Assembly: GCA_964016885.1 (NCBI GenBank)
Contig: OZ024740.1
Coordinates: 208,940,001 to 209,004,000 of the forward strand
Length of the DNA stretch: 64,000 nucleotides
Source of the DNA: Eledone cirrhosa
Lineage: Eukaryota
Direction: 5' to 3'
The stretch's first letter is position 1. Each line of letters opens with the position of its first letter. A program made the translations under genes and the position numbers. Of the stretch, positions 1 through 12,339 are shown piece after piece. A model generated the notes under the pieces. It did not search any database. It saw only the letters and a list, made by a program, of their open reading frames with translations, and was not told the DNA's origin.

Positions 1-147
1 TTTTTTTTGTGTCCTTTTCAGAAAGCAATATATGTGAACTTATAAACACATAACAACAAATATTTTCCATAACATGGCAATTTGAAACAACTGAAAACAA
101 CAAACCTTTGCGGAGCTCAAGATAATAGGTTTCCTACGTAGGTCGCC

Positions 148-188
<41 letters not shown>

Positions 189-210
189 TTTTTTTTATTG
201 TTTATTTATT

Positions 211-260
<50 letters not shown>
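148..260. repeat. (AAT)n microsatellite tracts at the 3' end of Tx1 copy A1
   Basis: Two (AAT)n runs, 148-185 and 212-260. Confidence 0.95.
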
Positions 261-261
<1 letters not shown>

Positions 262-509
262 TTTTCTTTATTAACCACAAGGGTTTACATAAAGTAGACA
301 TTAAGGACAGTGCAGGACAATATAGGACGGTACAAATGGGCATTTCTGCGTGTAAAAAAACAAAAACAGAGGATGTAACAAAAAAATAACAATGAAAAAT
401 TCCCCAATAGGGGGGAGACTTCGGAGGGACATTTGTGAAGAAAGCCCAGTAAAAGGCCACAGTGACCCTGACCACCAGGGCAAGTGCCCTCTCCCAGTTT
501 TCCACCTGT

Positions 510-3500
510 TGGGAAGTGCTCTCTTCCCAACAAAATGCTGGGAAGAGAGCACTTCCCTCTCTACTCTGATTTTCCTTTTCAAATGAAATTTGAAAAAGTC
601 AATCAGGGCATCACCGAAGAGGTAAGTGCTCGTCTTCAGCCCTTTCAAACGTGTCCACCATACTATCTCTTTCGCCATGGCCACCAGACAGATAAAAACT
701 GCCTGCCCTTCCCGGCTAAAGGAAGAGGGCGGGGCAATCCTCACAATGGACTCAGATGATAGCCGGATCCGTCCTGCACGCGACAGCAAGTGTTCGACAT
801 AAACCCACAAGTCAGCAATTTTCGGACACTGGACGAGTGCGTGCAGGACGGTTTCGTCGCCCTGCGCGCATCTCGGACATGCCCGGCTGACGGCACCTCC
901 ATTCCTGTAGAGTTTATCCCGAACTGGCAAGGCTCCTCGGTAGCACTGCCAGGCCAGGGATTTCTGGAAGTTGTCCATAGGCCCCGGCCCGAAAGTTCTT
1001 CCGAAGAGAATAGCTAGTTGATTTTCGTCGACGCCTAGAGTTTCCCCAAGTACGTCGTCGCTCTTCCCCTCCACTAATCCTCTATAGAACGCCGAGGTGG
1101 AGTTTCCACCGATCACATTGCCCGATTGGTCGAGGGCTGTGAGCACCTGAAAACATTCCAGTCTCCAAGCGCTCCCTCTCGGTCTTCGCTTGACCCAGGA
1201 CTGCAGCTCCGTCAAGGAAACGAGCTGAGGAAAAACGCGTCTAGCAAACGGCGACCACACCTGATCACCGTTGAGGAAGAGGTGGAGATGTAGCCAGAGC
1301 GCGTGCCTGCGCATCATCAGCCACGGCATGCCCAGCTCTCCACGTAGCGGGTGTTGACAACAGATGGACTGCCTGACCATCGGAGCGCGTCCCTTCCACA
1401 AAAAGCGAAAGAGCAAACGCTCCAGCGCAGTCAGGCGAGGCTTAGGACAAAGTACGACGGTCAGGCGGTAGCAGATGACAGACACGATGTACGCGTTAGC
1501 CACCTCCGCTCGACCTTTCAGGAATAGCTTCCTCTCCGCCCATTTCTGGCTGAGAGAAGCCACCCTGCTCGTTACCTCGTCCCAGTTTTTGTCCGTCTGG
1601 AGGTCCGGACCGAACCAGACCCCTAGCAATTTAACCGGTCCGTCCGTCCAGCGTCCGACGACGCTTTTGGACGGCATGGATCTACCTCTCCAGGTGCCGA
1701 GCTGCAGGCCCACTGACTTTTCCTGGTTGATCATTGCTCCTGTCAACGCTTCGTATTCTCTTAGTGTAGTACCGATCGCCTCGATGTGTTTGGCGTTCGA
1801 CACCACTACGGTGACATCGTCCGCATATGCTGACACGGATCTTCCGCATCCTAGTTCGCGCGGGACGCCCCTCAACGTCTCCAGTTTGTGCAGTAATGGC
1901 TCGAGAGTCAATACGTACAAGAAGGACGAGAGGGAGACATCCTTGGCGGACCGAGCGCATGATGTTGAACGGTTCCGAAAGGTGACCGTTCACTCTCACC
2001 ACAGAGCAGATGTCGCTGTGCATGGCAGCGATCCAGCCTCTGAAGACGGGTCCAAAGCCAGCCGCCCTCAGGACTGCCGCTAGGTAACGATGGTCGACCC
2101 TATCGAAAGCTTTCTACTGATCTAAATTGATCAAGGACCCACCCGTGCCAGGTACCCTAGCTACCCTTTCTACGATGTATCACATGAGGTGAAGGTTGTC
2201 GTGGATGGATCTGTCGGGAATGGCGCATGTCTGCGCCTCTCCCACCAGACCACCAACGACAAGCGCCAACCTCTTTGCTAGCACCTTGGCCAAAATCTTG
2301 AATTCTGTGTTTAGCAGAGTTATGGGCCTGAAATTATCTATGTTATCCCCCTAGTTCGGATCCTTTCTCAGCAGCACCACCGCACCTCGGCTCACAGAGC
2401 TGGGAATTCTCCCGTTCTGTTGCCAGTTGCAGTAGACTTCCGCCAAGAGGCCTCCGAACAAGTCTGGCATCTGTACGTAAAGTTCATAGGGCAGACCATC
2501 CAAATCAGGCGATTTACCCCTTGTGCAGCCAGTCATTGCCTCCCTTACTTCAGCGGCTGTTATCGGCTTTTCGCAACACTTCGCCTCAGTGGCCGAGAGC
2601 CGCGGCAGTCCGTCGAGGTAGACACTAAAGTCCATCCCTCGACCCGGCCCACCGCTGCCCCCGAACAGCTGAGCGAAGTGTCGCTGAAAAGCTTCACACA
2701 TTTGCCCGGGATCGAGTAGCATGCGCCCTTCGTGGTCCACCAAAGACCGGATTGTGGCTTTGTTGCCACGACGCGCCTCCGCCACTCGGGCCCATTGAAC
2801 GGCTTTCGTCCCCTCGTGTCTGAGAGCACGCACCCTTGCTCTGACAACGCAGCCTTCGTGCTTTGCATTGAAGAATTGGTCAAGGGCCAATTTCGCCGCA
2901 AGCACGTCGGTCGCAATGCCTTTGCTAAGCGCCTCGTCTAATTTTCTAACTAGTTCTCCCTCTGCTCTATTTTTCTCTATTGCTAAAGCCTTACTAAACC
3001 TAATTTATTCTATTCTAATCACTCTTTTCAGAGCAAACCACCACTTGTTGTTGACGATGGCCCCCGTCAACGCCCGCTTAACTAGTTCGCTAATCCGGTC
3101 TCTGTAGGCCTTGCGCGCTGGTAAGGACGCGTTTAGCTTCCAGTAGCCGGGTCCTCGTCTATGAAGCCTATCTAAGTCAAGCACACAGATCACGAATTTG
3201 TGGTCCGTGTAGCTGACTATCTTGAATTGTGGACAGCCTATGCTAGACCTATCTATTTCCCTACAAAATACTCTATCTAGATATGATCTGGATGACCCTA
3301 CGCTATTTGTCCAAGTCCACATTGGCACATTAGGGAAATCCAATCGGTACCTGTCAGACAGTTCAAAACGCCTGAGCAGGTTGGTGAGGCTCTTGCACCC
3401 TCCACCCCTATCCGCTAATCCCACACAGTCCCAGCGTGCATCTAAGATCCCGTTCCAGTCGCCCACTAACACTAAAGAGCGGGACGTTCCAAGAAAGGTC

Positions 3501-3879
3501 TCAAGACGCCGGAAGAAATCAGGCCGCCCTGCTCCTGTCGGGGCATAGACGGCCACTAGCCTGAAAGCTTGCCCGTCTCCGCTGGTCACGTCCAGCACCA
3601 CCAGCTTACTCTCTGGGTCCAGAAAGATGGCCCGTATGGCGAGATCCAAACCTCTCCGAAAAAGCACAGCAACTCCTCCCCCGATCCAGGACGGCTGGGA
3701 GATGCGTACACATCGTAGCCGCCGAAGATCGGTGCGAAGGCCCGTGCTTCGGAGATTCTGGTCTCGCTGATGGCCACTACATCTATGTTTAGTGACCTGA
3801 GGTCGTTGAGCAGGTGACCCTGCTTCCATGACGACCCCAAGCCACGCGCATTTATGCTGCCTCGTCTGAGTGAGGTCAT
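510..3879 (-). pseudogene. Tx1 ORF2 (APE endonuclease-reverse transcriptase), stops/frameshifts
   Basis: Fragments SINARGL/ISET, GDWN, YLDRVF, TDH, GYWKLN, SVRQGC, AYADD, CPRCAQGDETVLHALVQC in ORFs 3586-3990, 3005-3829, 2351-2905, 1682-2023, 301-1920. Confidence 0.9.
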
Positions 3880-3914
3880 GTTTAAAATAGAGTGGAAAAG
3901 ATGGGAAAGACCAC

Positions 3915-6010
3915 TTACCGTACTTTTGGTAGAGGAGGGATGGTTTTTACATCCCTTTTCACTTGATCGTCTGGTGAAGGGACCGTTCAATCGTCCCTTC
4001 GGCTGGTCGTCGGCTCTTCTATGAGTATGTCCGAATATACTCTTCGATTGATAGTTCCTCCTAGGTCCCTGAAATCACCAACTGCGTTGGGGAATTTCGT
4101 TTTAATGTTTGTGTATTGTTTCTGTGCTATTTTTAGCAGTCTTATGTTAGTTGGCATTTTGATTGGTGCTGGTATTATGTAGTCGTGTTGTGAAATGTAT
4201 GTGTGTTCAATTATGTAAGTCATTAGTTTCTTGTTGTGTGTATTTATTGCCGTGCATTTGTTTTTCTGAGGGTGGGTGTGGTTCTGCTATTTTCTTGTCG
4301 TTGTTGCTGGGTGTGTGTGTTTTGTTGTTGTGTTTGCGATGTTGGTGCTTGTGGTGGTGGTGTTGAAGGTGTTGTTGGCGGTGGGATTGTCGCCGGTGGT
4401 GATGGTGGTGCTAGTGTGGGTGGTGATGGTGTTGGTGGTGTTGCTGCTGTGAGTCTCTTTGCAGTAGACTTTACCCTTTTCTCATTTCTTTCCACCCTTT
4501 TCAAAGGCGACGATGCGCTGCTTCTGCGTTTGTGCCTTCTTACGACCTTTTGCCATCCCTCTCCCACCTCACACTCCATGTCTGATTCTGTGAGGTCGGG
4601 GAGGGGTACCAGCTCCACTCTTTCACTTGTTGTTGTTGGTGATGTTTGCACTGGAGTCTCTGTTGCAGCTGCATTTGGTATTGCTGTTGTTGTTGTTAAT
4701 ATTTCCACTGCTGCTGCTGTTTTTGATTTCCGTGGAGTGGGTATGGGTGCCACAGACCCATCGTTCTTGGTTGCCGCTTGTCCTGTTGCTGGTAGCCGTG
4801 GAGCCGGTTTCGGAAGGAGGGGTTTTCTCCTTTCTCAGGGTCTTCTCGTTGCAGAAGGCCCTGAGGTGAGTCTTCGATCCACAGCGAAAGCATTTCGGGC
4901 GTTTGCCCTCAACACTTATGGGCAGTTGAGTGCCGTTATCGAAGTCAATCACATCCGGGATAGCTTCGATGCACTCCTGGTTGGTTTGGATTAACATCTC
5001 AATGGAGGTACCGACCCAATCTTCTCTTACTTTTTTCTGTACTTGCAGTACAGTTGTTTTGTCCTCGATTCCGACGAGGACAGACGCGGCCAGCCAAGAA
5101 GGGGCCATCCCGGGGGGGGGACGTGGGTCAGTTTGACCCTCACAATTTTTTGCCCGCAGTAGGAGGGCACCAACACCATTTCCTCGCTCCTTAGGGTCAC
5201 TACGGAATGAGCCTTTGCCTCCTGGGGTGTGGCAAAAAGTACGTCTACGGTGGCATATTTTTTGCCTCGGGTGATGTGCGTTTTCCGCTGCCACACAGAC
5301 CCCAAGGCTTTTTGTATTTGAGTCTCTGTGGCTCTTTCAACCCTACGGGATTTTGTACTTACTGTACGGTACGTGACCGTACAGTGTTGTTGGGTTTCGA
5401 AAATTTTTTCCGCTGCCTTGCAGATTGCTCGGTGTCCAGTCTTTGTCACCATCTTCTTCGCTTCCTCTAATTCCTCATTTGTTATGAGGATTGTTTCCAG
5501 GTTCTTCGCAATACCTGCAAACGAGATTGGTTTTTCTTTGCTGCTGTTGTTGTTGTCGTCAGAGATGCTGTTACTTTTGTTGTTGCTGCAGGTACTACGA
5601 CTACTGCCTCCGCCGCTGTTGCTGTGGTTGTTGTTGGTGTTGCTGCTGCTAATGCTGTTGTTGTTTATGCTGCTGGTGATGCTGTTGCGGCTGCTACTGT
5701 TGTTTTCATTGTCACTGTTGCTGTTGTTATTACGGCTGCTACTGCTATTATTCCTGACGTCAGACGAATGAAATGGGTTTTCGTATTTCCCGCACACCTG
5801 TTTCGTCGTTGTCGTCGTCGTCGTGGAGAAATCTTGCACGCTTTGCACGAGACTTTTCTTTTCTGTCGTCGCTTGTGAAAGAGAAGGGAGGGAGAGAGAC
5901 ACATTTAAAGAAGGGAGGGAGAGAGACAATCTTCTCTCTGCTGTAGTGATGATTGAGGAAGAAGACGGAATGAGTGGGAGTGACCTATGAAAATTCTTTT
6001 TCGTAGCCAT
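3915..6010 (-). pseudogene. Tx1 ORF1 (Asn/Ser-rich, CCHC zinc knuckle, Pro/Thr-rich), frameshifted
   Basis: MATKKN start at 6010, CFRCGSKTHLRAFC knuckle, stop about 35 nt before the ORF2 ATG. Confidence 0.85.
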
Positions 6011-6226
6011 GTTGTTTTTTTTGTTTAAAATAAATATTGGGCACAAAACCCCAATAAGCAGTTATTTAACCCCGAAGGGCCAAATAACGGGCAGAACGAC
6101 CCCTCTCACGAGGAGGAGGGTGTTTTTCTCTACAAGTTCGTTAAAGTTTTAAACAATTTACAATTGTTATAGCGTTCAAAATTTACAATACCTTACAGAG
6201 CCGAGCCTCCGTCAACCATAGCATTA

Positions 6227-6259
<33 letters not shown>

Positions 6260-6645
6260 CTGGTGGTTGTGGACAAAGAAAAAAGATCGTGCCTGATTGT
6301 GGATGTGGCCTGCCCATTCGACACGAGAGTGCAAGAGAAGGAGAGGGAGAAAATTAACCGATACCAGGACTTAAAGTGGGAGGTAAAAAGGATTTGGAAC
6401 TGCCATGAAGTCAAAGTGATCCCGATTGTCATAGGCGCACTAGGTACTATCTCAAAAAGTTTCCAGGGATGGTTAAAGAAAATTGGCCCCTTCACGCTTT
6501 TTGGAACGCTTTAAAAGGCATGCTTGCTGGGAACAGCAAGAACCCTCCGATACGTCCTGAATATCTGAGGCTGCAGGTAGTGGCTTGATATTCATTTCAA
6601 CAAACTTTCCAGTTAAATAATATCAATGACTGAGACTCAAAGAGT
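6260..6645 (+). mobile_element. 3' fragment of an R4/Dong-like RLE non-LTR element
   Basis: VVDKEKRSCLIVDVACPFD...EKINRYQDLKWEVKRIW...VIPIVIGALG restriction-like endonuclease motif; ends in (AAC/AAT)n. Confidence 0.8.
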
Positions 6646-6675
6646 AATAACAACAACAATAATAATAATAATAAT

Positions 6676-8356
6676 TTCTTTATTGGCCACAAGGGCTGAC
6701 ATCAAGAAAAACATTACAGACGGCACAGGACGGTACAGGACGGTACGATGTGGGTTTTGTGCGTGTAAATATTTTTATTATTTATATAAGAAAAGAAAAA
6801 AAAGGACATAGAAACATATATATATATATATAAACAATAAAAAAGAAAATTGAAACAATGAAAAATTCCCCAATAGGGGAGAAACCTCCGAGGGTTACTC
6901 GTGGCGAAAACCACACAAAAGACCACGGCCACCCTGACCACCAGGGCGAGCGCCCTCTCTCAATTTTTCCATTTCTCAAACTACAGACGTATATTCAGAG
7001 CGGTCCCGTTCACTCGGACCATTCTCGCTACATTCACCCACCTTTCAACAAACTTGCTAGAAGGCAGCACTTGCCTCTCCACCCTGATTTTCCTCTTCAA
7101 GTGAAACTTGAAAAAGTTAATTAAGGATTCGCCGAGGAGGAAAGTGTCTGTCTTTAACCCTTTCAACCTTGTCCACCACACAATCTCTTTCGCCATGGCC
7201 ACCAGGCAGATGAAAACCGCCTGCCCTTCCTCCTCGAAGGAAGACGGCGAGACCATCTGCACAATGGACTCAGTCGATAACCGGATCAGTCCCACACGCG
7301 ACAGCAACTGTTCGATATAGCTCCACAAGTCAGCAATGCTCGGGCACTGAACGAGTGCGTGCACGATGGTTTAGTCGCTCTGCGCGCATCTCGGACAGGC
7401 TCGGCTGACGGCACTTCCGTGCCTGTAGAGCTTATCTCGAACCGGCAGCGCTCCCCGGTAGCACTGCCAGGCCAGGGATTTTTGGAAATTATCCATAGGC
7501 TGAAAGTTCTCCGGAAGAGAGCAAACAGCTGATCTTCTTCGACGCCCAGGATCTCTCCGAGAACGTCGTCGCTCTTCCCCTCCACTAGTCCTCTATAGAA
7601 CGCCGAGGTGGATGTTCCACCGATACTGGTGCCCAGCTGGCAGAGGGCAGTGAGCGCCTGGAGACATTCCAGTTTCCAAGCGCTATCCCTCGGTCTTTTT
7701 CTGACCCAGGAGACGAGGTGTGGCAAAACGTGCCTGGCGAACGGCGACCACACCTGTTCACCGTCAAGGAAGCACCAGAGATGTCGCAGCCTCAGCGCAT
7801 GTTTGTGCATCATCAGCCATGGCATGCCCAGTCCTCCACGCAACGGGTGTTGACAGAAGATGGATCGTCTGCCCATGGGAGCGCGTCCCTTCCACAAAAA
7901 GCGGATGAGGAGGCGCTCCATTTTGGTGAGAGTTGGGCCGGGGCAAGGGACGACGGTGAGGCGGTAGCAGATGACGGATGCGATGTACGCATTCGCCACC
8001 TCCGCCCGGCCTTTCAGGGACAGCTTCCTCTCGGCCCATTTCTGGGTGAGGGAGGCCACCTTGCTCGTCACCTCGTTCCAGTTTTTCTCCATCTGGAGGT
8101 CCGGTCCGAACCAGACCCCGAGCAATTTAACCGGTCCGTCCGTCCAATGCCCCACGACGCTGTCGGACGGCATGGACTTGCCTCTCCTGGTGCCGAGCTG
8201 CAAGCCCACCAACTTTTCCTGGTTTATCTTTGCTCCTGTCACCACTTCGTATTCCTTGAGAGCGGTGCCGAGCATCTGGACGTGTCTGGTGCTCGACACC
8301 ACCATGGTGACGTCGTCGGCGTAAGCCGACTCGGATTTCCCGCATCCTAGTTCGCG
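6676..8356 (-). mobile_element. 5'-truncated Tx1 sister subfamily (copy B)
   Basis: ORFs 7286-8305 and 6981-7364 are homologous to the C-terminal part of Tx1 ORF2; related but distinct 3' UTR; (ATT)n tail. Confidence 0.88.
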
Positions 8357-8515
8357 TAATGCAATCGTGCAATGCCTGTGCGTGAAAAATATTTTTAAAG
8401 TGAGGAAAGACTGTGCACTGAGCCAATCCTACTCTCTGAGCAACAGTAGCTATGACCCGAAAAGAAGAAAAGATCAACATCATCGGTAACTACTGAGCTG
8501 CAGGTTTTATGTCGG
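8357..8515 (-). mobile_element. Fragment of RTE-type 5' UTR
   Basis: Reverse complement matches 25283-25441 and resembles 34430-34580. Confidence 0.65.
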
Positions 8516-8974
8516 CATACATACATACATACATGCATGCATACATCCATATACAAACATACATGTGTGTGCATGTATGTGTTATCCTTAAAAATGCGAG
8601 AAGACATCTATAAAATAAGTAGCATTCAAATGTTGGAGTCAATTAAATTCACAATACTCTCCCCCACTCTAAACCACGCAAAATCACTACACTGTCCCTC
8701 TAAATTCACTACACTTCCTAACCACCACTAAATTCACTACTTCCACTCTAAATTAAATACGCTCCCCTACCCCCGTTAATATTTAATATTTAAGTTTTAA
8801 AAATTCCACTTTTTAAAATATTTTCTCCCCCTGTCTTATTTGAAGAGAATTGATCATCAGCGTTAATGATTTTTAAATGAACTATTGAATTAACTTGTAT
8901 GACTCTCCACATTAAAATTGTTTGCTCTGACGTAACTCTATGAAACTATAGCAGCCGTCGCTCGTTATACAAAA

Positions 8975-9170
8975 CAGTCATTACTTATTTTATCTATTGA
9001 GACGTAATTCTTAAACTGTTAATCGGATAAACGTTTATAAAGTCTTAATTAAATGTAATCTATTGACATTTCACTGCGTTAAAAATACACTTGAGGCCAT
9101 CTTGAAAAAAACCAAACAACATAAAGCAATGACCGCTTGATAAAGATTGACACTCAAAACAGTTTCTAAA
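8975..9170 (+). repeat. Unclassified dispersed repeat (second copy about 22020-22220)
   Basis: cagtcattacttattttatctattg...gttaatcggataaacgtttat...aaaacagtttctaaa shared in direct orientation. Confidence 0.75.
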
Positions 9171-9381
9171 GTTTACAACACCAATAATATCAATAACAAC
9201 AATAACATCAATAACATTTGATGTTATTGGTGTTGTTGATGATGATGTTCATGTTTAGCTTTAGGTCAGTCTTGACAGAGCAATCTATAATGATAGGCGG
9301 ACATAAGTGTCAAGCTCTTCAAGAAACCATTGGTAAATGAATTAATTATCTTATGTTGATTACTATATATAATATATATAT

Positions 9382-9810
9382 ATATCAATGATATTAATAA
9401 ATGGAAACTATATTTATAAAAACCATATTTATTCTATTATATTTATTTCAAGGGTACCAAAACTTTGGTACGCTCTCATCAGATAAAATACAAAGTTTGT
9501 TTTATAAATAGTGACATACCCAGGAATCAGACCTTAACGGTTCAAGTTCCGTCTGGATAGTCAGACGGAACTTGAACCGTTAAGGTCTGATCCCTGGGTA
9601 TATCACTATTTATAAAACAAACTTTGTATTTTATCTGATGAGAGCGTACCAAAGTTTTGGTACCCTTGAAATATATATAATAGAATAAATATGGTTTTTA
9701 TAAATATAGTTTCCATTTATTAATATCATTGATATTAATAAATTTGTCGAGTTCTTCGAATCTGTTATAAATATATTTGTTGAATTACCAACAAATTAAA
9801 TATCCCTTTG

Positions 9811-9812
<2 letters not shown>
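9382..9812 (+). mobile_element. Palindromic PLE pseudo-LTR-like element (about 174-bp arms + 75-bp tail) in (TA)n
   Basis: Arms 9382-9555 / 9562-9735 nearly perfect; hammerhead core in each arm; tail similar to 37560-37660. Confidence 0.75.
9627..9687 (+). ncRNA. Minimal type I hammerhead ribozyme
   Basis: TATTTTAT-CTGATGA-[GAGCGTACCAAA GT TTTGGTACCCTT]-GAAA-TATATATA-ATAGAATA; stem I pairs, AUA cleavage triplet. Confidence 0.8.
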
Positions 9813-9860
<48 letters not shown>

Positions 9861-9861
<1 letters not shown>

Positions 9862-10349
9862 GGGATAACAGATTATTGTTATAGGTAGTCCACTTAGGTG
9901 TAGTCCAGTTAGGGTACTCCGAGTAGTGGATGGTATCAACGTTGGCTAAGTTTGACTCAACAAGGTGTTTCCATAGTGATGTTGCGAGTACGCCGTGATT
10001 TCTATGTTGTTAACACTTGGAGTAATGATAAATCAAAAAAGAAGAGTGACACGGTTTGCTATACAATAAGGGCTTTAATCACATTGCTGACAATTGTTTC
10101 TCTGAACTGGTAGGTCTAGAGATCGCTACTCGCCTGTTTCTGCGTCAATCGATCACCAATACATAGTTATAACCTCGTTATAAGCTCGCAAGATCTGATG
10201 AATTGACTGGTTATAACTATGTATTGGTGATCGATTGACGCAGAAACAGGCGAGTAGCGATCTCTAGACCTACCAGTTCAGAGAAACAATTGTCAGCAAT
10301 GTGATTAAAGCCCTTATTGTATAGCAAACCGTGTCACTCTTCTTTCTTG

Positions 10350-10353
<4 letters not shown>
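9861..10353 (-). mobile_element. (TA)n-flanked element with 145-bp inverted repeat, PLE pLTR-like
   Basis: Arms 10030-10174 / 10209-10353; GAAAC-AATT-GTC hammerhead 3' half; second copy 35407-35735. Confidence 0.6.
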
Positions 10354-10435
<82 letters not shown>

Positions 10436-10715
10436 GTATAATTGTGCATATATGTATGTGTGTATTTGTATATATATATATATATATATATACACTTGTG
10501 TATATATGTATATTTATGTATGTGTGTAGATATATATGTGTGTGTGTGCGTTTGTATTTGTATGTGGTTATGTATGTTATGTATGCACATGTATGTGGGT
10601 ATATATCTATATATACATGTGTATATGTATGTGTGTGTATATGTAGATGTGAGTGTATGTATATATTTATTTATGTTTATATCTTTATTTGTATGTGTAT
10701 GTGTGTGTGTATATA

Positions 10716-10790
<75 letters not shown>

Positions 10791-10899
10791 ACACACACAA
10801 CACACACACACATTTCTTATCTTTTATAATATTTTTTATCAAATTTATATTTCTCTTTATATTTATCATCTATTTAATTTTTTCAATAAGTTTGTATAG

Positions 10900-11300
10900 T
10901 AATGTGCTAGAGTGGTTTGACGCTATATTTCTGTAGTTGGACAACATAGATTTTCCATGCATTATGGCGTCATTTCGGATTTTTTAAATGTAAACATTTT
11001 CTTTGGTTGCTGGCTGTCGTGTGTTTTGGTGAAGTTATAATAAGGTTTTTTAATCTTAAATAACTGATTTTGAAAAGTCCCAGGAAGGGATGAAACGTTC
11101 GTAGATCAACATTTAATTTAAAAACGTGTTTGGTGTCTATTTTAATGAATAATTTGCTTCTAGTGTAATTATTATTTTTAGCACAATAGGATTTTGTATA
11201 CATGCTTTTTTGAGAAATTCTTTCAAACAAGCATGAAACATAACCTTTTGTACTGCTTTTTATAATCAATTACTCTATTTTTAGCTGTTTTTAACTTCTC
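10900..11300 (-). pseudogene. Possible decayed Penelope-like RT-EN linker remnant
   Basis: ORF 10970-11269 (KGYVSCLF...FKISYLRLKNL...RKC) resembles the PLE linker. Confidence 0.3.
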
Positions 11301-11366
11301 CACCTATGTTTCTAATGTTTTTATATTGTTTTTGTAAAAAACGATATCTATTTCATATATATATAT

Positions 11367-12175
11367 ACTAGCTGAGGTACCCGGTAATACTCGGGAGCGG
11401 GGGTATTCCCAGTTCCCATTAAAATGCCCAATGCCTCTCAGGCCAAAAATGAAGGACAGATAATCAAACGCGAAGACAAATTCATTTACGAAGCAATAAT
11501 ACAATTATTGTTGATTGCATTGGTCAGGCGAAAAAATGTTTGTCAGAGAAGTTGAGTGTTGCTATAAGGAAAAAAATAGAACCCCCATTAGGGTGTCTTA
11601 ATATTATTGAAATTTGCTGAAATTTTGTGAATAGGCATCATATCTTGTCATTTACCCATGGTTTAAATTTCATATAAATCGAAGGGAAAAAATGTTCAGC
11701 GGGGGTTTTCAGCGGGGTTTTTGTGCTCCCGGGGAACCTATTGATTAAATGAAATATACTTATCCAAGTACCCCGGGCAATGTAGTTTCAGAATATATAT
11801 GGTTATGGGGGTCTATCTCCAAAAACCATAGGAGGAGTTCGTGAAATCTTGTTCCATTTATTGGCCAAAATGTTCACTATAGAGTTTAATCCCCATTAGG
11901 GTGTCATAACATTATTGGAATTTGCTGAAATTCTGTGAATAGACATCATATCTTGTCATTTACCTATGGTTTAAATTTCATATAAATCGAAGGGAAAAAT
12001 TTAAGCGAGGGTTTTCAGCGGGGGCTTGAATCCCCGGGGAACCCTTTGATTAAAATGAAATATACGTAAGAAATCAAATGGACATGAGCCCCACACACGT
12101 GTCAAGTTTCAGCAAGATCGGTTTGGTAGTTTTTGAGTTTTAGGTTCGCAAACAAACAAACAGACAGAAATTGCC

Positions 12176-12180
<5 letters not shown>
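11367..12180 (+). mobile_element. Non-autonomous Helentron/HINE-like element
   Basis: ACTAGCTGAGGTACCCGG start; internal duplication (11582-11765 vs 11891-12065); 3' end aagtttcagcaagatcgg...caaacaaacagacaga...(TA)n. Confidence 0.55.
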
Positions 12181-12219
<39 letters not shown>

Positions 12220-12339
12220 GCCTGCCCGCCCAGCCAGTGGGGTGGCGTTATCTTATGGCTAAAACAGCATGAAGTGCTGTGACCAGCGGCGCCGATTGGC
12301 GCCCGACAGACTGGTCGGTCAAGGTGATCAAGGTGATAT

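Larger units (their letters stand above)
261..6227 (-). mobile_element. Near full-length Tx1/L1-clade non-LTR retrotransposon, copy A1 (disrupted)
   Basis: ORF1 + ORF2 (APE endonuclease, RT, C-terminal CCHC). Colinear with 25913-31941. Flanked by (AAT)n at both ends. Confidence 0.92.

Noticed and set aside
10270-10936. Many ORFs of YI/CV/HT/MYVC repeats here and throughout the window
   Set aside because: Translations of (TA)n, (CA)n and (TATG)n microsatellites
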